Assembly (NCBI GenBank): GCA_963841015.1
Contig: CAWJAX010000004.1
Span: 1 to 64,000 of the forward strand
Direction of reading: 5' to 3'
Origin: an uncultured Methanoregulaceae archaeon
Lineage (GTDB): Archaea; Halobacteriota; Methanomicrobia; Methanomicrobiales; Methanospirillaceae
DNA length: 64,000 bases
The notes beneath the pieces were generated by a model. That model did no database searches, had not been told where the DNA came from, and was given only the letters and a program-made list of their open reading frames with translations. Positions 33,357-42,874 of this stretch are shown piece after piece (positions within the stretch are counted from its first letter, which is position 1; each line of letters starts with the position of its first letter). The translations under genes and the position numbers were made by a program.

Positions 33357-34274
33357 ATGAACGCTATAGAAGCCGGGCATCTCATCAAAAGATTTGGTAC
33401 GGTAACCGCAGTGAACGATGTCAGCCTTACGGTGCGTGAGGGAGAAATCTTCGGGTTCCTCGGCCCCAACGGGGCCGGAAAGACGACGACGATGCGCCTG
33501 CTCACCAGCGTTCTTACTCCGGACGCAGGAACAGTCCTCATCAACGGCATTGATATCCACCGTCATCCGCTGGATGCCAAGATGCAGATGGGTGTCATCC
33601 CGGAGAACAGCTCGGTCTACGCAGACATGTCCGCGGAGCAGAACCTGCATCTGAGTGGGCAGATGTACGGCATGTCCCGGGCACTCCGGGAAGAGAGGAT
33701 CGATGAGATACTCTCAAGGATGGGCCTTTCTGAGAAACGACGCCTCCCGGTCCGTACATTCTCGAAAGGGATGAAGCAGCGTGTAAGTATCGCATGCGCC
33801 ATCATCCACCGGCCTAAAGTCCTGTTTCTCGATGAGCCCACAAGCGGCCTTGACGTGCAGAGTCGCAGACTCGTGATCGAGACGATTCGTCAAATGAACG
33901 AGCAGGGAAGTACAATCTTCCTCACCACGCATAACATCGAAGAGGCAAACACGCTCTGCCAGACAGTCTGCATCATTAATAAAGGGAAGATCGTTGCACA
34001 GGACAGTCCCGAACGGCTTAAAAAGATGTTCGATACTACGCAGTCCGTAGAGGTTTCCTTTGACCGGGCTGTAACCCGGGACTTGTTCGCAGCGGAAGGG
34101 ATTTTGCGGGCGGAGCAATGCGGTGACAAGTGGAGGTTGTATACGGACAATCCGGACATGATCCTGAAATACCTTGTCGGGCGTGCCGAACGCGAGTCCA
34201 TTGGCATCACATCCCTCACGACCTCCGGTCCGAGCCTTGAAGAGGCATTTGTCACGCTAACGGAGTGTGCATGA
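33357..34274 (+). CDS. ABC-2 type exporter ATP-binding subunit
   Basis: GPNGAGKTT, FSKGMKQR and LDEPTSGLD motifs. Confidence 0.93.
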   Translation: MNAIEAGHLIKRFGTVTAVNDVSLTVREGEIFGFLGPNGAGKTTTMRLLTSVLTPDAGTVLINGIDIHRHPLDAKMQMGVIPENSSVYADMSAEQNLHLSGQMYGMSRALREERIDEILSRMGLSEKRRLPVRTFSKGMKQRVSIACAIIHRPKVLFLDEPTSGLDVQSRRLVIETIRQMNEQGSTIFLTTHNIEEANTLCQTVCIINKGKIVAQDSPERLKKMFDTTQSVEVSFDRAVTRDLFAAEGILRAEQCGDKWRLYTDNPDMILKYLVGRAERESIGITSLTTSGPSLEEAFVTLTECA

Positions 34275-35020
34275 TGGAGATACCGATATTCCTTCGCGGT
34301 ATCCTCGTCATTACCGAAAAAAACATGAGGCTGTATTACACCAAACCGCCAGTCCTTATGTTCGGGCTCCTCTTCCCGCTCTTCATGTTCTTTGCGTTCT
34401 TCGTCGGGCGTAAACTCGAGCTGACCACCTATTTTCCGGCGTTCCTGGCGATGATGCTGTTTTTCACTGCGTCATCGGTAGGCCCGCTGATCACACCATG
34501 GGAGAAACGGGATAAGACGTATGAACGGCTCCTCTCGTACCCGGTAACGCAGGACATCATCATCCTCGGCGACGTTGCAGCGGGTGCGATCTTCGGGATT
34601 GGGATCTCCCTGCTTATATGGATTTTGAGTTCCCAGTTTATTCCAATTGCAGTCACGAGCCTGGGGTTATTTGTCCTTGCGTTTGTCCTCGGCACGCTTT
34701 CCTGTTCCGCGATGGGGGTCCTAATCGTATCGCCGGGATCCGACAACCCGCCCAACGTGATGATCTTCTCAAACCTGATCCGGTTCCCACTTATCTTCAT
34801 CTCCGGCATCTTTGTTCCCCTCGCGGATATGCAAGGATTGGCCCTTACGCTCGCGTATTTTTCACCTCTGACGTACCTTGTCGACTTGTTCAACGCTGCC
34901 ATGAACGGAATATCAGTATTTTCACCGGCTGTTGATTGTGGGGTGCTCATTGGTATCTTCGCCGGTTTTCTCCTTGCTGCACGGTTCATTCAGAAACGGA
35001 ATCTGATGAAGGGAATGTGA
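34265..35020 (+). CDS. ABC-2 type exporter permease
   Basis: Six TM segments with FISGIFVP and SPLTYLVD; overlaps the ATPase gene. Confidence 0.9.
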   Translation: MCMMEIPIFLRGILVITEKNMRLYYTKPPVLMFGLLFPLFMFFAFFVGRKLELTTYFPAFLAMMLFFTASSVGPLITPWEKRDKTYERLLSYPVTQDIIILGDVAAGAIFGIGISLLIWILSSQFIPIAVTSLGLFVLAFVLGTLSCSAMGVLIVSPGSDNPPNVMIFSNLIRFPLIFISGIFVPLADMQGLALTLAYFSPLTYLVDLFNAAMNGISVFSPAVDCGVLIGIFAGFLLAARFIQKRNLMKGM

Positions 35021-35038
35021 GGATAAAACAGCAGGGAA

Positions 35039-35669
35039 TTATGGTCTCCAGACCTCCACCATCGATTGATCACCGTGGTATCCAAGGAACTTCTGGAGAG
35101 CGGGAAGCTCGATTTTTCTTTTTTTGGGATTGGTATCAAGGGGATTGTTGAAGTACATGAATTTGTCATTGATTCCGGTCACTACAACCCAATGAGGGAG
35201 GTCTTCTTTGCTGAAAAACAAGGAATTCGTCACCACCAGGGGAACATGGTTCGAAAACAGAGATTTGAAAATGGTTTTTCCGGTGATGGTTTCTCGTTTT
35301 TCCCTGACCCCCAGTTTTCTGCATCTGGTTCTTCGTTCGTAAAACTGGTCCTTGAGCATCTCCATATCCGGGGCGTTCAGTGGTGGAACGAACTGTTCAG
35401 CAAAATCAATTCCACCACTATTGCTGGTAACTCTTGCGGAAAATCCACGAACTGCTGCAGAAAAAGCCAGACCATACCTGCTTGTTCCATAGACAGCTGA
35501 CAAGGGTTCCTTCCCTCCAGAGGTCCAATTCCAACTCTTTTCCGAGGCGCACTTCCTTATCCAGGTACTTCATTGCCATCATCAATGAAGCCGGGCCGCA
35601 GGTGAAGTCATAATGCTGCCGGTAAAAGGGAATATTCAGTTGGATAGACGCTCCGTTGTCAGCCTGCAT
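35039..35669 (-). CDS. Peptidase C39-like protein, frameshift near 35500
   Basis: PFYRQHYDFTCGPASLMMA and LWRE in one frame; PHWVVVTG..FNNP in the next. Confidence 0.78.
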
Positions 35670-35843
35670 GTCCTGTCCCCTTTTTTGTATGTGGATTGGA
35701 TGAACCTTTCTTCGATGGTGCTTTTTATTGAATACCGCTATAATTCTGAAACTTCCTGGTGATCTGAAACAGCTCATGAAAGAATGCTGCTGCAATCAAA
35801 CATGGATAATCCATCATAAAATGATATCCCGGTACATAATCCA

Positions 35844-36098
35844 TCAGCATTGCTGTTCCGATGTTTTTATTTGTGGAGTAATCCGTATGCGTTTCAGGTC
35901 ATACCATCCCTTCCCCAGCACGACGAGTCCAATCACGATAAAAAAGCAGGAATGAACTCCATAGACCCAGGTCTCAAAACCGGAATTTCCGGAAAATAAA
36001 CTCATCCAGAAGAACGGGCATACCAGACCAAAGAGGGCAAGTCCTGCACCTACTTTTACCTGGCTTTTTATCTGTTGTTCGCTGGGAGGCATTTTCAT
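35844..36098 (-). CDS. Small two-TM membrane protein (paralog of 36142-36576)
   Basis: KVG..GLVCPFFWMSLFSG..VHS. Confidence 0.7.
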   Translation of the reverse strand: MKMPPSEQQIKSQVKVGAGLALFGLVCPFFWMSLFSGNSGFETWVYGVHSCFFIVIGLVVLGKGWYDLKRIRITPQIKTSEQQC

Positions 36099-36141
36099 TA
36101 CCCTGAGGTGTTCAGCAAATCAATCATTATCAGATACCGAT

Positions 36142-36576
36142 TCATGGATTTTCATTAAATTCACGTGCCTGTTCGTTTCTCAGCTGAATCCGGTACATTA
36201 TCACGAACCCGAGACCGAATAGGAATACAAGGGACGAGTGCACGGCATTGAACATGAGTTCGTTTCCCCGGGCGCCGGACAGAAATGAGATCCAGAAGAT
36301 CGGGCAGAATATCCCGATGAGCATTATACCATACCCGATTTTTATATTGCTTTTCAGGTGGATTTCCCGGTTGGTGTTCCATTCAAGGGGTGTTCCCGTT
36401 TCCCCCCGCAGGAACTGGAGGACCTTTTTGCCAAGCATTGTGTAGGGACAGCAGGAGATCAAAAAACTGATGAATCCGCGTAGCCCTTGTTTTTGTCCCA
36501 CCGATGACTCTGATACCGGGCAGCGGATCCCGGGTGCATCACCGGAACAATTCTGTCTGATGAGCTGTCCTTTCAT
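36142..36576 (-). CDS. Membrane protein with a Cys-containing N-terminal extension
   Basis: KIG..GIFCPIFWISFLSG..VHS; divergent from hxlR. Confidence 0.7.
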   Translation of the reverse strand: MKGQLIRQNCSGDAPGIRCPVSESSVGQKQGLRGFISFLISCCPYTMLGKKVLQFLRGETGTPLEWNTNREIHLKSNIKIGYGIMLIGIFCPIFWISFLSGARGNELMFNAVHSSLVFLFGLGFVIMYRIQLRNEQAREFNENP

Positions 36577-36658
36577 TATTCAAATGTGTGACATTACTAA
36601 ATTTATAGGGGATACTAATTTAGATTTAATATACTAACAAAAAACATAGTGATATTGC

Positions 36659-37030
36659 ATGATGAAAGATCCTTCCTGTTATTTTTGCCCGGTGGAAGGC
36701 ACACTCGATGTGATCGGCGGCAAATGGAAACCGCTGATCATCTGGTTCCTGAGAAAACGTGTCCTGCGGTTCAGTGATCTCAGGCGGTCGATTCCCGGCA
36801 TCACCGATGTGATGCTGACAAAACAGTTACGGGAATTGGAACAGGATGGTATTATCAGACGAAAAGTGTATACCCAGGTCCCTCCCAAGGTCGAATATTC
36901 ACTTACACCTCTTGGGATGACGGTTATCCCGCTCCTCAATGCTCTCTGCGATTGGGCGATCGAGCATATGAAGATCCCGATGATTGACGATAATGAAATT
37001 ATTGTGTGTGGAAGAAAGAAGAAAAAATGA
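36659..37030 (+). CDS. HxlR family winged-helix regulator
   Basis: CPVEGTLDVIGGKWK..LRELEQDG..PPKVEYSLT. Confidence 0.92.
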   Translation: MMKDPSCYFCPVEGTLDVIGGKWKPLIIWFLRKRVLRFSDLRRSIPGITDVMLTKQLRELEQDGIIRRKVYTQVPPKVEYSLTPLGMTVIPLLNALCDWAIEHMKIPMIDDNEIIVCGRKKKK

Positions 37031-37280
37031 GCCTCATATTGGCGTTCTGGCAGGGTTTCTGAGGTCCGGAGGGGGTAAATATGTGGTAAAAACAATCTCG
37101 ATTTAAAGTCCTTTGATGGCCAATAGGCGAGGTGAAAATCTGCCTTAATTTGGCAAACAAAGCGAATATTGGGCATATTCTCCATACGAAACGAAAAGAA
37201 GCGTTTTACGGGTTTTTCCGGTATTGGTAAAATATATCTGGACGGGAAAAGGAGTCCATTTTGGGCGTATTTTCTCTCAT
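37021..37280 (+). repeat. Dispersed structured intergenic element, copy C
   Basis: Shares GAGCCTCATATT, GGGTTTCTGAGG and TTTGGCAAACA with copy B; starts at the hxlR stop codon. Confidence 0.82.
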
Positions 37281-37297
37281 GGCACTTAGCATCCAAA

Positions 37298-37783
37298 TTA
37301 TTTCTGCCCAATCCGCTTTTGTGTAGTTATGAGGTATTTTGTCACATCCTTCAAACAGCACCCGCCGGAGGGGTTGTTCCGCTCACAGTTGCACCCAGCT
37401 GTTTTCATCCTGCTCATGATATCCTCAACCGCCAGACTCTTTCCGGTCCGGGTAATCTCATCATCGATCTTTTTCTGTGTCCATCCATAACAGTAGCATA
37501 GAGGGACAGGATCTTCGGTCTCCTTGATACCGACCCGTACATTCACGTCTCCTTTTTCAATATACTCGTCAGTGTCGTTGTTGAAGTAAACCACCGCACA
37601 GTCCGGTGTGTGGCAGAATGAAAAGCCATCCGGAGATGCCAGCAGGGACCGGCGTTTTTCTCTTACGAGTGATTCCACGGAGATCCTTGTTACCGGAGTA
37701 CCGGGATTCCCGCACACCAGGCATACTGGTTTTATATCGGGCTTTTTCGGGCCACAACAACAGGAGTGCTGGTTTTTTTCCAT
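37298..37783 (-). CDS. Cys-rich Zn/[2Fe-2S] metallochaperone (CopZ N-terminal-like)
   Basis: CLVCG, FCHTPDCAVVYF, PLCYCYG and CNCERNNPSGGCC motifs. Confidence 0.8.
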   Translation of the reverse strand: MEKNQHSCCCGPKKPDIKPVCLVCGNPGTPVTRISVESLVREKRRSLLASPDGFSFCHTPDCAVVYFNNDTDEYIEKGDVNVRVGIKETEDPVPLCYCYGWTQKKIDDEITRTGKSLAVEDIMSRMKTAGCNCERNNPSGGCCLKDVTKYLITTQKRIGQK

Positions 37784-37973
37784 TTTAAATTCTCCTTATA
37801 TAGTACTACAGATTTTTGTTCTCATGCTTTATGAAAGATAATCCCTGAAAATCTACCTGAAATTATCTGCATGATAAAATATTTTCTCACTAGCGATTTT
37901 TGAAAATCAGGGGAGGGAATATATACCCCGTTAACGGATAACCAGTTATCAACTGCCAGTGGAAGGATGCGTT

Positions 37974-39933
37974 ATGACCGAAGAACCAAAACCCCAGCTG
38001 ATACGGGAGAAGCTCGATGTCTGCGAGCTCGATAAAGCCCGAATGGCAATCCTGAATCCTGCATTAATTGAGCAGAAGAAGAATGATCGTACAATCGACG
38101 AGAATGCTAAACCAGTCCTTGAACTGATGTTGCGGGAAGGCATCGAGACGGTCTGGGACCGGTTCGAGATGCAACAGCCTTCGTGTAAATACTGTCTTGC
38201 CGGAACATCCTGTTCGCGCTGTACCATGGGACCCTGCCGTATCATCCCGCCTAACCGTATCCGTGGTGTATGCGGTGCAGATGCCGACCTTATCGTTTCC
38301 AGGAACCTCCTGGACCTGATAGCAACCGGTTCCGCAGCCCATTCAGACCACGGCAGGGACATTGCTGAAACGCTCTATCTCGTAGGTACGGGGAAAACCA
38401 AGGATTACACCATTTCTGATCCGGTAAAACTTAAACGAATATCAGAAGAGTTTGGGATAAAAACTGACGGGAAAAAACCAGAGCAGCTCGCTGCCGAGCT
38501 TGGCGGGGCCATGCTGGATGAGTATGGTATGCGAAAGAATACCCTCCAGTTTCTCAACCGTGCCCCGAAAGCGACACGGGAGATATGGACAAAACTGGGC
38601 ATCACCCCCCGGGGGATTGACCGTGAAGTGGTAGATTCGATGCACCGCGTCCAGATGGGTGTTGGTGCTGACTATGTCAATATCCTGCTCCAGGGGCTGC
38701 GTACCAGTCTTTCTGATGGATGGGGCGGCTCGATGATCGGCACCGAGGTGTCGGATATCCTGTTTGGCACACCGACAATACAAAGCTCAACGATGAATCT
38801 TGCAGTCATGAAAGCAGATCATGTGAACATCTCGGTGCATGGTCATAACCCGGTGCTCTCTGAAGTAATCGTGAAGGCGGTAGCTGATCCAGAGATGAAA
38901 GCACTCGCGCAAAAATACGGTGCAAAAGGAATCAATCTTGTCGGGATGTGCTGCACGGGCAGCGAACTGCTGATGAGAAAAGGCGTCCCGATGACCGGTA
39001 ACCATCTCAACCAGGAACTGATCATTGCAACCGGCGCCCTTGAAGCGATGGTGGTGGACTACCAGTGTATTTTCCCATCGCTTCCCCGGACCGCAAGCTG
39101 TTTCCATACCCTGATCATATCAACAAGTTCGAAAGCTGACGATACCTGGTTCGTACTTCTTCGACTTCCACGCTGAGGATGCATATCTGACAGCAAAAGC
39201 AATCGTGCGGATGGCAGTGGAGAATTTCAAGAACCGGAACCCGCAGCGTGTCCTTATCCCGGGAGAACCCGTACCGGTTATGTCAGGATTCTCCAATGAG
39301 GCGATCAAGAACGCACTTGGAGGTTCATTTAAACCACTGATCGACCTTATCGCTGCTGGCAAGATCCGGGGAGCAGTAGGCATTGTCGGGTGCAACAACC
39401 CGCACATTAAGCATGATTCCGGCCACATCGCTCTCACAAAAGAACTCATTAAGAAGAACATTCTCTGTGTTGAGACCGGTTGTGCTGCAATCGCATCAGG
39501 AAAAGCCGGGCTGCTGAGACCAGAAGCTGCATCGCTCGCAGGTAATGACCTCCGGGCGATATGTGAATCTCTCAAAATCCCCCCGGTGCTCCACATGGGC
39601 TCCTGCGTTGACAACTCCCGTATTCTCGTGCTCGCTGCTGAACTTGCCAATGCCCTCAACGTCCCGATCCATAAGTTACCTATCGCAGGTGCGGCGCCGG
39701 AATGGTATTCACAGAAAGCTGTCTCTATCGGAGCATACTTTGTTGCATCCGGTGTCTACACGGTGCTCGGGGTGATGCCTCATATCTCCGGAAGTCCTCC
39801 GGTAGTATCGCTGCTCACCGAAGGACTGAAAGGTGCCGTTAATGCGAGCTTTTCCGTTGAACCGGATCCGGTCAAGGCATCTGTGCTTATATCGGACCAC
39901 ATCGAACGCAAGCGGACTGAGCTCGGGATTTAA
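37974..39933 (+). CDS. cooS: Homodimeric Ni,Fe carbon-monoxide dehydrogenase, frameshift near 39138
   Basis: CSRCTMGPC..CG (B cluster); AAHSDHG, HGHNP, GMCCTG, VDYQC, GCNN, TGCAA and GSCVDN motifs. Confidence 0.92.
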
Positions 39934-40845
39934 GTGTCCCCAACCATTAACCGTGCACAATCAACAGAAAAAAGCCATCTTTCCCCTCCTGGCGGAACGG
40001 GAATCCGGATCGTAATTACCGGAAAGGGCGGGGTCGGTAAAACCACCATTACCGCTCTTCTGGCCCACCTGTTTGCACAGGAAGGGTTCAGGGTCCTCGC
40101 TGTTGACGGGGATCCTCAGCAGAACCTTGCAGTCACCATGGGTATTCTGCCGCAGGATGCAGAGCGGATAGTACCGGTTTCGCAGAGTACTGATTACCTT
40201 CGGGAAAAAACCGGCGCCGGCCCGGGAATATCCCCGGGGGGACTTCTTACCCTCAATCCTGATGTCAGTGATGTCATTGACCGGTTCTCGGTCAGCGTTG
40301 CCAAAAACCTCCGGCTCCTAGTGATGGGTGGCGTCAGCCAGGCTGGTGGCGGTTGTCTCTGTCCTGAGTATACGCTCCTTTCAGCTATCTTCCGTCATAT
40401 GCGTCTTCTTCCTGATGAAGTAGTCCTTCTTGACACCCCGGCGGGAATGGAGCATTTCGGCAGAGCGGTCGCAGACGGTTTTTCCTGTGCGCTGGTCGTT
40501 GCTGACCCGTCCTATAATGCGCTCGCTGTCGCAGAGGAATCTGCAGGGCTTGCACAGCAGCTGGGAATCCAGGATAGAATCCTGGTAGTAAACAGGGTAC
40601 ACAAGCAGGCAGAGGTTGATAAAATACAAGAAATGATGGAGGCAGTTACAGGATTTTCCCGGATGGTTTTTTTACCCTGTGATCCTGAAATAATTCATCT
40701 CGAACCTGCAGTCAACCGGCTCCTTTCACGTGAATCCGTGTTTATTGATGAAATGCGTTTACTTGCAGCAACAGTTGCTGCACAAGAAGAGAACAGGCCC
40801 TCAGCAGTGTTGAAAAAAAATTGCAGACAGGAACTGTCAAGATGA
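39934..40845 (+). CDS. cooC: CODH nickel-insertion ATPase
   Basis: GKGGVGKTT, GGGCLCP and DTPAGMEHFGR motifs; immediately follows cooS. Confidence 0.88.
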   Translation: MSPTINRAQSTEKSHLSPPGGTGIRIVITGKGGVGKTTITALLAHLFAQEGFRVLAVDGDPQQNLAVTMGILPQDAERIVPVSQSTDYLREKTGAGPGISPGGLLTLNPDVSDVIDRFSVSVAKNLRLLVMGGVSQAGGGCLCPEYTLLSAIFRHMRLLPDEVVLLDTPAGMEHFGRAVADGFSCALVVADPSYNALAVAEESAGLAQQLGIQDRILVVNRVHKQAEVDKIQEMMEAVTGFSRMVFLPCDPEIIHLEPAVNRLLSRESVFIDEMRLLAATVAAQEENRPSAVLKKNCRQELSR

Positions 40846-40935
40846 TGAAGCCTTGCTAAAAACATAATCTCCGTTTAAGATGAGCAGATCATTCCTGCCC
40901 ATTGTCCTTTTTTTCCTTTGCTATTACAAAGCCAT

Positions 40936-41359
40936 TTATGGGGTTTTCGGTTTCCCATGCCTATGATCGCCCGGTACCCACCGTCCCCCATCCTTTGTCA
41001 GCTCTTTTTTCCAGATGGGAACACCGGCTTTGATTGCCTCAATAATAAACCGGGATCCGGCGTAAGCCTCTTTTCGGTGTCCTGCAGCAACAATGATGAT
41101 CAGTATATTCTCACCCACCGCAAGCCGCCCAATACGGTGGATGATATCGACATGCAGGAGCCGGAACTGTTCAGTCGCGTCTTTGGCAATTTTTTCCAGT
41201 TCCTGTGTTGCGACATCTTCGTACGCTTCGAGTTCCATCTCGGTAATATCGTCATCTCTGACGATACCATCGAAGACCACCACAGTCTCCCGTCCCCTGT
41301 TTCTTTGCTGCCTGAATGAGACCCCCGATATCGACATCATCTGTCTGGATTGAAATCAT
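40936..41359 (-). CDS. moaE: Molybdopterin synthase catalytic subunit, frameshift near 41288
   Basis: VFDGIVR, IIHRIGRL, HRKEAY and PIWKKE; the true N-terminus MISIQTDDVD lies in another frame. Confidence 0.88.
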
Positions 41360-41371
41360 GCTTCACCTTAA

Positions 41372-41649
41372 TTATCCTCCCGCAACCGGGGGAAAACTGC
41401 AATCTCATCACCATCGGTAACCGGGGTTTTTGCCGCATCAGCGATATCGATCCGTTTACCGTTTTTCATAAGGATGACAAACTCCCGAAACTCGCCTTTC
41501 TCATCAAAGATAGCAGCGTATCCCTCGGGATTTTTCTTTGCGACCGTGGTAATCAGCGGGGTGAACATTGTTCCCGCTGCCACATCAGTCATGATATCGC
41601 TCCCGAGCAGTTCACGGAACCGTGCAAAAAACCGGATCTTAACGCTCAT
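41372..41649 (-). CDS. moaD: MoaD/SAMP1-like ubiquitin-fold sulfur carrier
   Basis: VKIRFFARFRE..DGDEIAVFP. Adding one base to the C-run restores the C-terminal FPPVAGG-stop. Confidence 0.85.
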
Positions 41650-42400
41650 TTTTTCTCCTTGCTGGTGTCTTCTTTTCCATACCACCACACGCTACGCAGG
41701 CTGGGTTGCGTTCCACGCATATCTCCTCTGCGTGCGCCAGTAATCCATCCCAGATGATGAGACGCCCCGTGAGCATTTCACCGATACCGAGCAGGTACTT
41801 CAGTACTTCATTGGCCTGAACCGTGCCGATGATTCCTGCTGTCGCACCCACCACCGGGAATATTTCCTGTGGCGGGGGTTTGGGAAAGATGCATTTCAGG
41901 CACGGGGTTGTTCCGGGAATGATGGTGGTTGCCTGCCCGTAGAATCCCCGGATACCTCCATGGAAGAGCGGGATCTCCTCTGCAATTGCGACCTCGTTGA
42001 GCAGGTAACGGGCAGGATAGTTGTCCAGGGCATCTACAATCCCATCAGCTTCCCCCACCAGGTCAGCAGCATTGGTTTCATCAATCTTTATATCGATGGC
42101 GTGGATCGTGATGTCCGGGTTTATTTCCTGTAATTTTTCCTGAGCGGACTCGGTTTTCTTCCTGCCGATATCCCGGTCGAAATGGAGGATTTGTCGGTTC
42201 AGGTTCGTCCGGTCAACCACGTCCGTATCGACAATGGTGATTGTTCCTACACCCGCGACAGCAAGATAGAGGGAAACCGGTGATCCGAGGCCCCCCGCAC
42301 CTGCTATGAAGATATGCGCTTTTTTAAGTCGTTCCTGTCCCTCATCCCCGAAGAGCAACATCTGCCGCTTGTATCGTTCGCGTTCACGTTCTGAAAACAT
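41639..42400 (-). CDS. ThiF/MoeB/UbaA E1-like activating enzyme
   Basis: RYKRQM, GAGGLGS, TNLNRQ, PCLKC and CVAC motifs. Confidence 0.92.
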   Translation of the reverse strand: MFSERERERYKRQMLLFGDEGQERLKKAHIFIAGAGGLGSPVSLYLAVAGVGTITIVDTDVVDRTNLNRQILHFDRDIGRKKTESAQEKLQEINPDITIHAIDIKIDETNAADLVGEADGIVDALDNYPARYLLNEVAIAEEIPLFHGGIRGFYGQATTIIPGTTPCLKCIFPKPPPQEIFPVVGATAGIIGTVQANEVLKYLLGIGEMLTGRLIIWDGLLAHAEEICVERNPACVACGGMEKKTPARRKNER

Positions 42401-42439
42401 TGTTCACCGGAATTTTGGATTTGTTCCTGCAGTCCTGCC

Positions 42440-42874
42440 TTAATGATCGCAGGTGAGATCTTCAGCATGATCATGGGAATGGGGATGTTTCTCCTCCCAT
42501 GGTTCCAGCCCTTTCTTTACACGGTAATCGTTGATTGCCTTGTGAATGCCTTCTTCGGCCAGAACCGAGCAATGCATTTTGATAGGGGGCAGACCATCAA
42601 GCGCCTCTGCGACTGCTTTATTCGAGAGATCCCATGCCTCCTCCAGCGTCTTTCCCCTGACAAGTTCAGTTGCCATGCTGCTGGATGCAATTGCTGCTCC
42701 GCAGCCGAACGTTTTGAACTTCGCATCAACTACGATGTTGTTTTCGATCTTCAAAAAGATCTTCATGATATCCCCGCAAACCGGGTTCCCGACCTCGCCA
42801 ACCCCGTCAGGGTTTTCAATCTCCCCAACATTTCGGGGATTCCTGAAATGATCCATCACCGTGTCACTATACAT
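42440..42874 (-). CDS. iscU: Fe-S cluster scaffold IscU/NifU
   Basis: MYSDTVMDHFRNPRNVG, NPVCGD, KTFGCGAAIASSS and KMHCS motifs. Confidence 0.95.
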   Translation of the reverse strand: MYSDTVMDHFRNPRNVGEIENPDGVGEVGNPVCGDIMKIFLKIENNIVVDAKFKTFGCGAAIASSSMATELVRGKTLEEAWDLSNKAVAEALDGLPPIKMHCSVLAEEGIHKAINDYRVKKGLEPWEEKHPHSHDHAEDLTCDH

